From contig OZ024742.1 of the NCBI GenBank assembly GCA_964016885.1, positions 107,694,001-107,758,000 of the forward strand: a DNA stretch of 64,000 bases, in the 5' to 3' direction. Source of the stretch: Eledone cirrhosa. Its lineage: Eukaryota. This document shows positions 41,350 through 54,998 of the stretch, piece after piece. The notes beneath the pieces were generated by a model. It was given only the letters and a program-made list of their open reading frames with translations. It did no database searches and was not told the origin of the DNA. The translations under genes were made by a program, and so were the position numbers. Numbering within the stretch: position 1 is the first letter of the stretch; the number at the start of each line of letters is the position of its first letter.

Positions 41350-41757
41350 TTATGTATGTATGTACGTACGTATGGTGGTATGTACATATGGACGTATCTA
41401 CGTATGTACGTACGTACATATGTGTGTATGTATGTATAACGAAGAGCAAAAAAACACATACAACTGTATTTACTGGTGTATAGTTATGAAACAAATTATA
41501 TTTTTAAAACAGCTACGTCTATTTGAAATATGATACACTGTAAAAAGGCGTTAACTTGGTATTACTACATGAAATATTTTAATTGTTAATTTGAAAGATT
41601 TATGGGAACCTTTAGAAATTCGTTCTTTCTGTGCTCGGCTAACAGAAAATTTATTCAAATCTGATTTTTAACTGGTTCTTCTGAGGCAATTACATTAGTA
41701 ACTTGAAATTAAATTTAAGAATTTATATATTTATATATTTATGATTATATATATATA

Positions 41758-41841
<84 letters not shown>

Positions 41842-41877
41842 TGTGTGCGTGTGCGTGTGTATGTATGTATATATATA

Positions 41878-42090
41878 ACGAAGGAATTGTGGTAAGGAAC
41901 CAGATGGACCATAACGCACCAGAATACTCAATATTTAGGGTAGTAGAGTGGGTAATAGGAAAAAGTATGACCCCGACGGCAGAGCTCAAGCCGTTTCGAC
42001 GGCTATTTCTGGACTCAGAAGAGAACATTTAAACACTCCAGAAATAGCCGTCGAAACGGCTTGAGCTCTGCCGTCGGGGTCATACTTTTT

Positions 42091-42094
<4 letters not shown>
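41878..42094 (-). mobile_element. Fold-back short insertion in (TA)n (same family as 5551-5752)
   Basis: Arms 41955-42013 / 42037-42094 with a ~78-nt tail on the left. Confidence 0.75.
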
Positions 42095-42161
<67 letters not shown>

Positions 42162-42216
42162 GTATATATATGCATATATGTATGTATATATATGTATATA
42201 TGTATGTATATCTATT

Positions 42217-42250
<34 letters not shown>

Positions 42251-42253
<3 letters not shown>

Positions 42254-43056
42254 GAAAAAGTTTGTCCTTCATCAGTGATCTTCCAACTATCATAGGCATT
42301 TCATCGCTTTAAAGACCATATACCTCCGGTTGGTGCGAGCAACGGCTAAAAAAAGTCGTTGGGACACGTAAATAAAGGAGACGCGAGGGTAAACAAACAA
42401 AATGGTGAGGCAACAGAAAGTGAGGAAGAAGGAGACAAGTCCCAGATTTCTATGAATTTAAGTTCGGTGAAATCGTGAACGAGAGAATAAAGACCATCAA
42501 ACCTGGTTGAAATGTGAGCAAGGAAGGAATTTCGCACAGGTCTAACGGGAGGAAGAAGGGGTCTGGTCTGCGAATTCGGTAAACATAAGTTCTGTGAAGT
42601 CGTAGACGAGAGAGAAAAAATTCCGACCAGCTTGGCCGAGATTTTTTCTCTCTCGTCTACGACTTCACAGAACTTATGTTTACCGAATTCGCAGACCAGA
42701 CCCCTTCTTCCTCCCGTTAGACCTGTGCGAAATTCCTTCCTTGCTCACATTTCAACCAGGTTTGATGGTCTTTATTCTCTCGTTCACGATTTCACCGAAC
42801 TTAAATTCATAGAAATCTGGGACTTGTCTCCTTCTTCCTCACTTTCTGTTGCCTCACCATTTTGTTTGTTTACCCTCGCGTCTCCTTTATTTACGTATCC
42901 CAACGACTTTTTTTAGGCGTTGCTCGCACCAACCGGAGGTATATGGTCTTTAAAACGTTGAAATGCCTATGATAGTTGGAAGATCACTGATGAAGGACAA
43001 ACTTTTTTCATATGTAACCCATTTGCAACTCCGCAGCGCCCTTATTATCATATTTA

Positions 43057-43059
<3 letters not shown>
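42251..43059 (+). mobile_element. ~380-bp-arm near-perfect palindrome plus 47-nt tail, in (TA)n
   Basis: 42251-42629 is the reverse complement of 42633-43012 with a handful of mismatches. Confidence 0.85.
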
Positions 43060-43116
<57 letters not shown>

Positions 43117-43479
43117 GCACACACACACATATATGGTGGGTATGTGTGTGTATAGTGGGTGTATACATACATGTATATTTGTTTGAGACGGAAATATATT
43201 TATTAAAATTCACACACACACACATAAATATGTATATATATATGTTCAAGCGTATATTCGTGTGTGTGTGCGTGTGGCGTGTGCGTATGTGTGTTTGTAT
43301 GTATATTATGCATGAATATGCGTAATTAAAAATATATACCATATACATGAAAGAGAGAGTGTACATAAAATAACAATTAAAACAAGGTTTTTAATATTAA
43401 CAGAAAAAAGATGTAAATATAAATTATAAGATACAAGATGTCTTTCTTTTTTTTAAAGTATATGTTCATATTTCTGTGA

Positions 43480-43622
43480 AGGCGTAGAATTGGCAGAGCC
43501 GTTAGAACGCTGGTATTTGTTCCAGCTTTCTGCTCTCAGAGTTCAAATCCGGTCGAGGTCAACTTTGATGTTCATCCTTTCAAGGTCGATAAAAAAGTAC
43601 CAATCAAATGCTGGGGTCTCGA
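43480..43622 (+). mobile_element. Family-B-related SINE
   Basis: TTGGCAGAGCCG...GTTCAAATCC...gtcgaggtcaactttg...gtcgataaaaaagtacc. Confidence 0.7.
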
Positions 43623-43799
43623 TTCGTACTCTATATCTCTTTATCAGTATTTCTTTTCCTATTACTGTCTCTCCTTCTCTGGAGGAAATCAGTTGTTTTC
43701 TGACATTGAGATGTGATGGGCTCCACCAGGTTTAAGTTTTCCAAGAAACAAAGGCTGCGACGACGCCATCTCAACGACTCTATCAAGAGTTACCTGTCC

Positions 43800-44590
43800 T
43801 TATATACATATATTACGTCAATGTTTTTATTATGTTAATATATATATGTCAGCGAATGTTATGTCAGTGAATATATTATATAAGTGTATATATTATATAA
43901 GTGTAGGTGTTATGTTAGTGAATATATTATATAAGTGTATATATTATATCAATATATACAGAGTGTTCCCCAAAAGTGTATACTTCAACAACATTCTAGT
44001 AAATATTTCCTGTACAGGTAATCAAAGTGTGTATACATTTTTTGGGGACACTTTGTATATTACATCAGTGTATATATTAAGTCAATGTATATATTATATC
44101 AGTGTATATATCATGTCAAAGTATATTGTATGTCAGTAAATATATTATCAGTGTATATAATATATCAGTATGTATATCATGTAGGTGTATAATGTCAGTG
44201 TATATATATTATATCAGTATATATATTATGTAGTTGTCTAATGTCAGGGTATATATTATATTAGTATATATATATTATGTAGTTGTATAATGTCAGTGTA
44301 TATATTATGTTATTGTATATATTATGTAGATGTATAATTGTTTCTAATTTAGGCACAAGGCCAGCAAATACCCAGTGCATTACTGGTACTTTATTTTATC
44401 GACCTCGTAGATGTATAATGTCAATGTATATACTATATCAGTGTATATGTTATGTAGATGTTTAATGTCAATGTATATATACTATATCAGTGTATATATT
44501 ATGTAGATGTTTAATGTCAGTGTATATATTATGTTTGTGTATATATTACGTAGGTGTATAATGTCAATGTATACATTATGTTAGTGTATG
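43800..44590. repeat. Degenerate AT-rich minisatellite (tgtcagtgtatatattat)
   Basis: Recurrent ~16-30 bp motif; contains a nested MITE and a SINE tail. Confidence 0.8.
43959..44055. mobile_element. 97-bp Tc1/mariner mini-MITE
   Basis: TA-CAGAGTGTTCCCCAAAAGTGTATAC ... GTATACATTTTTTGGGGACACTTTG-TA. Confidence 0.75.
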
Positions 44591-44877
44591 TCATGCTCAG
44601 ATATGAGATATATTCAATATAACACTAAAATGACACTCCAATTGTATTGAAAATATATGGAATTTATTTGATTTTACCTTAATTCTGTGAAGGTGTGAAG
44701 CTGATTGGTTAGGTAGGGTGTTCTGTTCTCGATCATAAGATTATCTGTTTGATTCTCGGCTTCATGCTCTAAACTTGATCAAGGCACTTACTTTCACGTT
44801 GCTCCAATACACTCAGCTTTAGTAATATGTGTATTTTGTTTTCTGTAGTTTATTCAAATATTGAACATAAAAAAAAA

Positions 44878-45093
44878 TGTCTATCGACTTTCGTCAAATC
44901 GGACCGAGGAAACAACGTTTTCGTTGGTCTTTCTAAATGCTAATACTATCTATCGGTCGCAACTCCAGGTAAAAAGAGCAATGTGAAATAAAATGTCTTG
45001 CTCAAGGACATAACGCATCGCCCGGCCAAGGAATCGAACTGATAACCTCATAATTGCGAATCCAGTTCTCTAACCACTCATCCACACGCCTTC
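44878..45093 (-). mobile_element. tRNA-derived CORE-like SINE
   Basis: Closely matches 63066-63283; A/B boxes and a gtccttgagcaagaca box. Confidence 0.8.
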
Positions 45094-46342
45094 GCATACA
45101 TAAGCGAATAAAAACCGTACTCACTACACAAAGTAGAGTTACATTGAATATTCAAGTATCTTTTGTGGTAATAAAAATGGAAAAGAAAGGGAAAGGAAGG
45201 GGGTCTAGGTTCACAGAAAAATGCGTATGTGGACATTTAACTAAAATAGACAAACATTCGCTCCAGCTGATGGTTTTATTATAAGCCAGGTAACTAATCC
45301 ATCCATCTGTTGGTTAGCAACCAAATGTGGAGACTTTTGGTGTCCTTGGCCCTCGGGCTACCCCCCTCTTACCACCATAGGCGCTGAGTTGGCGAGCCGC
45401 AGGTGTGAGCCTCGTAAGATGGAATGACTCTTCTAGTGCATCTCCCTTACCATCCTCCGGGGAAACGCCTTCTCCATTCTGTCCACCGTGGGACCCCATT
45501 TGCTCATAATAGTGAGAGATGAGACGGACGAGAGAGATGGAGGCGATGACAGTGGGAGTTCGGCTCCTCTGTGTTCGGACCTGGTGCACGTGTATGTGCA
45601 TGCTTACTGTCTTATCATTTAGACTATATTATTTAGTCAAAATGGTTCTATATTTGTCTAATCGCTCTCGCCAAACATTCTGTGATCTTCTCAATATATT
45701 TTGGTTCTCTGCATTACAGTATAAAAAAATATATTTACATAAAACATAAAGCAACTTTATGTATATTTATCAACTATGATGTATTATCTGTTATTATAGT
45801 CATAGGCTTACCTATTGATAAATATTATTGCACACTTTCTGAATTTTTATATCAAAGGCTTCGAATTCTAATAATTGTTGATAAGTGTTACATAGACAAA
45901 GATAAGTTTCAATGAAGGGTGGATACGTACGCTGAAATGTTTCAATCTGAAAGTTATTGTAAGGCAAAATGACAATGACACGTCGCTATATAATTGTTAT
46001 ATTGCAGTTTTATGTTCGTAGAATATTTTGGTTTCTTAAAAGCTAAATAACTGATTGAAAAATATATAAAAATTATTTATTATATTTAGCAAAATATTTA
46101 CCGTAAATAGTAAATAGAAACATTTCATACGGATTTTAACTGTTCAGGCCAATAATTCAACAAAATGGACAAACTGATACAGATTTGATGGTCACAACTG
46201 TAACGTCTTTATAAATACGCCTTCTTCACTCAAACAGCGCTGACCTGGAGCTAAACAACACCAACTACTACTACTACTACTACTACTACTACCACACACC
46301 ACCTTCACTACTACTACTACTACTACTACCACACACCACCAT

Positions 46343-46378
<36 letters not shown>

Positions 46379-47077
46379 CACCACCACCACCACTACTACT
46401 GCCGCTGCCACCTTGTGCCAAAAGTAGAAACAATTATTACTAACTGAACTGAAGGCCACATGTTTTCAAGAAAGGTACAGGTAATTAAATTGATGACTTC
46501 CTATTTCATGTAACAATTGTTATCATTTCTGTCATTTTAAAATGACAAACAATAAAGAAACAAAAAATTGCCATATTTGATAATCATTTGCGTAGGAAGT
46601 GCATTCAATACTTTGATGAACATAAATTGTAACATTTCTCGAGATTCTTAAATTGAATCTTTAAAGCTGTTCTAATCATTAATACTTTTTATACTACCCG
46701 GGCGAAAAACCGTCTCTGGTTCTTGAATCATTTCCTTAAAGGTATCGAATTGCAATTTCCAATATAATTCTATATAACAATAATAGCTTAAGTTATTATC
46801 TAAGTAAGAAAATATTATAAAATCATTCAAAAGTCTTCATTAATTAATTGAAATTGAGTATTTCCATTAGAAATATGGTTTCAGAATGATCGCCTTTTGA
46901 TAGCAATCCGACCCAAACCAGCTCTGGTTCTATGAAATAAAACCAACTATTAAAGGGTTTCTTATTAAAATACAATTTTCTAATACTAATTTTATATAAG
47001 AACTATATGTTAAATTGCTAACTTAGCATTAATAATATTAGTAAACCCATTAAAGTTCCTCATTATTTAATTGAATT

Positions 47078-50000
47078 CTATATATTATTACCTGGAAATG
47101 AATATATGGCATAACATATGGCTAGGGTATCTGGAGCCTTGAAGCATGAGTGGAAGGTCCTTCCACCACTCAGCAAAGTGGCAGCGATCCCACTGGTGGC
47201 CACAGGGAGAGCAATCTTCCTCTGAGCGCTGACTGCCGATAACAGAGTGTTGAAACAGAATGTCTTTCCGGTGCCTCCTGGAGCATCTATGAAAGCACAA
47301 AGTTGCTCATTAGTGGAAATCGAGTGGAGAACGCCATCGACCAATTCTCTCTGAGATTGGGTCAACATTGGCATACGTTCATCCACAATACGTTGCTGTT
47401 CCAGTGGATCAAACTGGAATAGTACTGGAATAGTTCCCTCCGATCGAGTGGCAACCGTCTAAGCTGCAATCTCATGTTCAATTCTAAGACACGTTGGCGC
47501 ATTTCTTCATCAGGAATTGGCAAATTGAAATCTGTTAAACATTTGAAATGAACTTCAAGCAGTTGCTCAATATTGAGCAAAACAATAGCTTTCATCAAAG
47601 TTTCATCATCGACCTGAAGATGATGCCTAAAATCATCAGTCATAATTCCCCAATGGCGTTCAAATAACTCTCTTGGATCGGCAGGATTGCAGAATCCTAG
47701 AATCGTGACAAACAACTGCCTTATTTGAGCTGGCATCTGTGTTGTTCCTGCAGCTTCCATGGCGTTATTCCATTCAGTGTCAACCTGAAGGAGTCCTAGA
47801 TGCTGACACACAGCCTGGTATGTTTCATATTCCACGCCATTGATTGTTTTCAAATCAGAGAAGCTCTGTTTACCTCTTGAGAAATCATTATGCAACAGAA
47901 TTCGGAGATAAAACACATCACCAGATGCTGGATGGACATTAGAAACCCGTCCAATAGTCATGAATCTCAACTTTTGTTTTCTATCATTCCATTTCTTTCC
48001 CTTCTTATCCCACGTATAGTGCGAAGGGAAATGACAGTAGAGTTGCCTTTGATCCGGATTCAAAGCATGTTCCCTATTATGCTTGAACCACTCAGTCAAT
48101 TCCGTCTTAGGAGGTGGTGCGTTAGCAATTCTTTCGACACCTCTTCTAGTGTCCTGAAAACAGACCATTTGCCTATTCTCTAAGTGAACCGTCAGTTTCT
48201 GAACGCTGGGTTTGCGTTCATTAAGATCAAAATCGAACAATCTCCAGCAAGCTTCGCTAGATCCAATCGAGCGAACATGCTGGAACCTGCCAACTTCATC
48301 TCCTTGGTTCGCTTCCTCACTCTTGACGTTGATCATTACCCGATCATGACCTTTTTAAACATATTTGAATAGATATTTGCAAGCTTTCACTGAGCTGCAA
48401 ATTTCCACATTAATATGACAACGATATTTCATAATCAAATATGGATTGTATGGCACAACCCATTGATTTGTAACCTGTCGACCGTTTACATTTTCGACCA
48501 AACCACCATATGCAGGCGACCGTCTTCTGTATGAGGGATGAGCATCCCCATCGTTCCAGGAAGTGTTCGCGACAAAAGATTTCGGAAAGTGCTTACTGCA
48601 TTGGCCATTTTTCATGCAAGGCGCTTTCCGATTTACCACTTCGCATTGGTTGTGCACCATTGATTTTACCACCAAGTTGCGCAGTGCCTCATTCTCCGGC
48701 AGTTCAGCACACACAACGATGTCGACATCTTCAGCACATCTCAATTTGAAATCTCTATGTAAAATGTTCAGCAAATGTGCATGTGGAAATCCTCTTTTTT
48801 GGAATTCAATTACGTATGTAAAAGCAACTATACCCCCAAAGATTCCCTCTTTTTCCACATCATCCATTATCTTTTTCAGATATCCTTTGAATATTCTTGC
48901 CGCAATATCAGGACTGCCCTTTGGCTGTTGTCCTGGCAAAACTGCATCCTTAATATCAGTCCATTCAGGATTACATGTAACCGTTATAAACAAATCTGGC
49001 TTTCCAAACTTTCTGACAATAGCCATTGCATCCTGATAGCGAATGTTCATATATATCGGGCCGCCAATGAACGACGATGGCAAAATGATGCGTCGACCAA
49101 TTTGCTTGTAATTGGCATCATCGGCTGTTATCGCATCCTGTATATTATTATACAATTCAGCTCTGATATGTTGCTGATGTGTAGCTATATAATTTAGCCT
49201 TTGATTTTCGATCTTTGCGAATGCCATACAACAGTATTCCTGGAACAATCTGCGTGGGTTGAAATAGCGCATTTCTCTGTTGATTCCTGTCGTTCAAATG
49301 GAACGCGTAAAAGTCACGAATAGAATTATTGTGTCTATTGCCTCCCTGTTGATGCGGATTCTCATGATCATCTAAATAAACAGACATGTTCCATCCATTT
49401 TCACCCTTTGGGAATAAAAGAACATAATGCAATGGATGGTATCCCCTATTTGACTCATTGATAGTCTTGAGACAACCATCTCTGCGATTGAGGACGATAT
49501 CTCTCGATCCAAGCTTATCGTCCATTAACACAGAAACTTCATGAAATCCTTCAGGGGCATTATATCGCCGTTCGTGTTGATTCCTTGGCACTGCGTCAGC
49601 CTTAATCACCAATTTTTGCTGCTGAACATTTTGCAGTTCAGCCACCAATATGAAATCCATAACATAAGGATTACACTATCTAAGCCATGATTGCAAATCA
49701 CGGATCAAATCACTTAACCTTTGCCGTTCAAGTTCAGTTATATTTCCCGGCAACTTCATCCAACCGATCCTGATATCCTCCTCCGATTCACTATAATCTG
49801 GATCGTTAACGTAAATTTGAGCGAATCGAGGCTTCTCTCCTGGGGTAACTTCTAAATTACCGATACAATGATACAAACGGCCTTGAATGACTACATTCGG
49901 TTGCCATGCTCCACTCTCAAACATCTCACTAACTCTCTGCGATGCTAAAGCTAATGACTTGTTAATTTGCCGCGAATATTTGCGCAGTATTCTACCTCGG

Positions 50001-50597
50001 TCTCCTTGATCACCCCACATACTTAGTATTTTAAACTCCGGTGACTCCTCATCATCCGGCATTCGCAAGGGTTCTAGTTGAACTGTTCCTTTATGACAGC
50101 ACATTGTGGTCCACGTCTTTTCGTGCCTCCAAAGCAATGCTCCACAATGTGGACACTCTACTCGTCTGAAAATGACACGGTTGCCATGATCCATTTTTAA
50201 TATCATTCGTTCGCCTTCTAGCCTCTTTACTGGAATGAGGAGCACTTTGGCGACACATTCTCTGAACTTCTGTATTGCGCTGGCGCTGTTCAGCCAGCTC
50301 CTCTTCATCCATCGCAGCACGCCGTTGCTGCTGAATTCTGGCCACCTGCTGATGATGCTCAGCCAGTTCGTCTTCAACCATCGCAGCACGCCGTCGCTGC
50401 TTGGCTCCAGTGTTTCGTTGGCGTTGTTCAGCCAGTCCCTCTTCATTCTTGGCGGCACGTATTCGCCTCTGAAGTTCGGCGTTCCGATGGAGCTGTTCGG
50501 CCGGTTTTTCTTCATTGCTGGCTGCACGCCGTCGCTGCTGTAGTTCACTGTTTGATAAAGTCGAATTGCTTTTATTATCAGTATTCATTTCGAGCAA
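47078..50597 (-). pseudogene. Helitron RepHel (Zn finger, HUH Rep, partial PIF1 helicase), frameshifted
   Basis: CPHCGAL..CCHKG; PDLFITVTCNP; IEFQKRGFPHAH; KYLFKYV; GSSEACWRLF; DAPGGTGKTF; ATSGIAATLL.GGRTFHS. Confidence 0.92.
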
Positions 50598-51099
50598 TTG
50601 TCAAAAAATGACACAATAATAAATATAAAAGATGTCCGTCAATGCAATAAAAGGTCCCTATTTACTCCCTTCACAACTCTGAGTATGTTATACTGACAGA
50701 CAGGCACACAGACAAATAAACTGCGTGGCGATTGTGGAATGCCCCATGTACACACACATACACGCATGGAAACGCACACACGCACGCAAACTTACACACG
50801 CATTTGTGCACTTACACACACCCACACATGTTGATAGTTTTTACTTTCTGTGGAACGCTGCACGCACACACACATAAACATACGCGCATGTACATACACA
50901 CGCACACATGGTAATAGTTACAGCGTTCACTTTTCCCCTCTGTTTCTTACTCTCCCCTCTCACTCCCTCATTGGCATTATGCATATTAATTTAAGTTTGG
51001 CGTCGTTGAGGTGGGCGGAGTCGTTTGAAACCTATGAACCAATGATAATCGAGAATTATGACACACGGAATATTGACATTGTTGAAATTAATATATAGA
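47100..51099 (-). mobile_element. Autonomous-type Helitron, 3'-truncated within the helicase
   Basis: A|TCTATATATTAAT 5' end at 51099; RepHel coding region; no CTRR/hairpin 3' end found. Confidence 0.88.
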
Positions 51100-51316
51100 T
51101 TTAGAATATAATTGCGACATGTTAAAACGTCAAAAGAGAGTATCATTCGTTTTGTGATTAACATATGCTACTTCCATACGTCACTGAAGAGGAAACAACT
51201 GCAATTCAGAAATGATCAGTTTTTATCTTATATACTGGTAAACCAGTATAGTTACACAATGAAGGATTTATCAAACTAACTCTTTGTGTGTGTATGTATG
51301 TATGTATGTATGTATG

Positions 51317-51859
51317 TTATTCTGGTTTTATAATTTCACAAAGTTTTACCAATAGAGGGAGAGTCGGTTTCTAACATAGACACAAGACTCTCTCATTGGA
51401 ATTTACACAACATCAACTAGGTAGATATGTATGCATGCATGGATAGATATGGATGTTATTGTATATGTGGATGTGTATGTTTTGAGTTGTATATGTGCAT
51501 GTGTATATGCTTTACATCTGTACATGTGTATATCCAGTTATTAGATGCAAAATGTTTGGAATGTTTTACATAATTTTACTGTTCCATTAATGGACTGTAC
51601 TTGTAATTTCCTAACTAGTTGTGTTCTTTCTGGTTCTGTGAAGCCTAGCTTCTCAATATTTGCATTGAGGCAGTTACTAACACCCCAGTGCCCCAATAAT
51701 CACAGGCATAAATCTGAAGGTGTAATCAGGGTGGAGTATCTGCAGATTTCTCATCAGTTCTGCATAAATATTCTCCTTTTCACTAATCTTTGATATTATA
51801 TTGGCATCTGGTGGGCAGCTAATTTCCACTACTGTGTATGCTTTCTTCTCCCTGTCCCA
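51317..51859 (-). mobile_element. Second R4/Dong-type RLE 3' fragment
   Basis: WDREKKAYTVVEISCP...KENIYAELMRNLQILHP...IIGALG, homologous to 39706-40030; (CATA)n at both junctions (extent of the 3' UTR is uncertain). Confidence 0.78.
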
Positions 51860-52191
51860 TGTATGTATGTATGTATGTATGTATGTATGTATGTATGTAT
51901 GTATGTATGTATGTATGTATGTATGTATGTATGTATGTATGTATGTATGTATGTATGTATGTATGTATGCATGCATGTATGTATGTATGTATGTATGTAT
52001 GTATGTATGTATGTATGTATGTGTATGTGTGTATGCATGTATGTGTGTGTATGTATGTATGTATGTATGTATGTATGTATGTATGTATGTATGTATGTAT
52101 TTATGTATGTATGTATGTATGTATGTATGTATGTATGTATGTATGTATGTATGTGTGCATGTAAAAATGTATATATATATGTATGCGTGTG

Positions 52192-52240
<49 letters not shown>

Positions 52241-52286
52241 GAAAACGAAAAATCAGTGATGGGAAGCATCTTAGCTACCGTTAGAC

Positions 52287-52331
<45 letters not shown>

Positions 52332-52399
52332 TAAACAGTTCATATATAAAGAACTTAGAAAAAACTATAAGAAAGCAAATACCACCGCACTGACATCCC

Positions 52400-54587
52400 T
52401 GAACAACATATCATGTGATATAGTAAAAAACTCTATATTGAAGATAGAACTGAGCCTTTCACACCAAAAAGCCCGCACTTCAATCTGTAGGACCATAAAT
52501 CTGACTTTAATTCAAACCCATCTATTAGACTGATATGCCTATCAAAATTTGATATCCGTAATATCACCAAGAAAATTATTGATCGAATCATTCCGCAAAT
52601 TAGAAAATTTGTAACACTTCCATTATGGGATAACACTTCCCAAGTTGTTGAATAGTTCACTAGCATCGAGAATAAAAACTCAGCTTCATTCATTCAATTC
52701 GATATCGATTCTTACAATTCTTCGATTTCTCTAATTCTTTTAAACAAAGCACTGATCTTCGCCAGAAATAGATCGGATTTATCTACTGAGGAAATCAACA
52801 TCATAACTCACGCTAGAAAAACCTTGCTAAACTTCCAAGAAGAACACTGGACAAGAAACACATATAACAACTTATTCGATATTACGATGGGATCCTTGGA
52901 CTCTGCTCAAGTTACAGACCTCGTTGGACTATTTCTCCTCTATAATATTCATTCCTCTTTTCCCCACCTCAAAGGTGGTCTTTATCGGGATGATTGTCTA
53001 TTATTATCTAACAATCTTAGCAATTCCAATATAGAGAAAAACAAAAAACAAATTAGAACATTCCTCAAGGACTACTACAACCTTAACATCACCTTTGAAA
53101 ACACTTCAAAAGTAGCTAATTTCCTTGATGTTACCTTAGACCTCTCTACGAATATTTATCAACCTTACCACAAACCCAACCAGAATCTACACTATGTTCA
53201 TTCACGCTCTAACCACCCTGGCTCTATACTAAAAAACTTAGTATATAACATATCTCTTAGACTTTCTAAATTACCTTCCAATGAAGTTATATTTTATAAT
53301 AATGCACCCTTCTACAACGAGGCCTTAACTAGAAGTGGATATAAAGAAAAAATCTCATATATCCCCAACACTACTATGGACCAAAATATAAAACCTAGCA
53401 AAAACTACAAACACCAAAAAATACAATTGAAACAAATACCTAAAGGGGTTATTCCTATTACGCCAAACAACCGAAAAACCACAACAACTATTACTACACG
53501 ATCTATGCCCAATGTTATCAACTCACATATGAATACCAAGCATTCAAAATCTCATAATCTACCCAATAATAACACCAAATACAACCACGGTAGTTTACCA
53601 AATTCCACAAATACAGATACTAACCATAGGAATTCTTCTAGAACACAGCACAATAATATAAGTGGTAATAAGAACTTAACTAAAAACCGCAAAAGAAACA
53701 TAACATGGTACAACGCACCCTTCAACCTGCAAACTATTGGACAAATCCCCCAAAATTCTTCGAAATTCTACATAAACATTTTCCACCAAATCACAGATAC
53801 CACCAAATATTTAACAGATATACTGTTAAATTCTCATACTCTACATCAAACAATCTCCAGCAAAAAATAAGCAACTACAACATTTATAAATTTAAAAATA
53901 ATATGACAACACCACCAGAACATAATTTAAATAGAGCTGCACCTTTTAAAAGGACAAATGATACAATCCTTCAACCTGGAAAACACAACCACCCAAATCA
54001 CCAACACAAAAGAACAGAACACAAAGTCACAATACAACCCTAGCACTAAACCACCCACAAAGCAACCTTCATTCTCCTGCTAACATTAATTACAATAGGA
54101 ATAGCTCAAGGATTAACGAGAATGGCATAGGTACCCCCAACAACCATCTTACGTATGGTTGTAATTGCAGGAATAGAAGCATTTACCCCTTAAATGGCAA
54201 CTGTTTGATTAATAATGTAATATATAAATGCACTGTGTCTACTAATGACTCCAACAAAACATATATAGGATCTACATCAAACACATTTAAGAAAAGATTT
54301 TACGCACACTCTTGTAGTTTTAACAATACTAAACTAGCTAACACCACATCTTTAGCTGAAGCAGTAAATAACTATAAAAAGGAAAAAAAATAGATTTCAA
54401 GCTATCGTGGAACACCATTCTACAAAGAACTCCATATCTTGGGAACAGGAGGGAATGCAGATTATGTTCAGGGGAGATCTTGGAAATTACTAAATCAAAG
54501 GAGGATTTATTGAATAAAAGACAGGACCTGATTATAGTTTGTAATCACCGTATACGAAAAACATTTAAATACTATAAACCTAATTAA
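52400..54587 (+). pseudogene. PLE RT + GIY-YIG, disrupted
   Basis: IRLI, FIQFDIDS, FDITMGSLDSAQVTDLVGL, GLYRDD, NFLDVTLDL, YVHSRSNHP, WYNAPF, CNCR..PLNGNCL, VIYKC..YIGST..FKKRFYAH, CRLC..E, LLNKR. Confidence 0.88.
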
Positions 54588-54792
54588 ATATTCTAAATAG
54601 CAACTCACTATAATTCTATATAGTGTAACATTTGTTAGTATCCCTTTCCCCTAATTATACGCATTCATGCTTATTTCTTACCTTTTAATGTTTTAGCTTC
54701 CTTAGATTTATGCGTTAATGACTAAGGGCAACAAGGTACACAACCACCAGTAATTGCATGAGTAAATATGTATCTATGTATGTATGATATGG

Positions 54793-54840
<48 letters not shown>

Positions 54841-54935
54841 GATATCGTATATCTACTCCAAATACTTGTCGAGTGCTTTATATCAGTTATAAAAATATTT
54901 ACTTGTTGTATCCCAACAATTTTAAATAGAACTTT

Positions 54936-54998
<63 letters not shown>

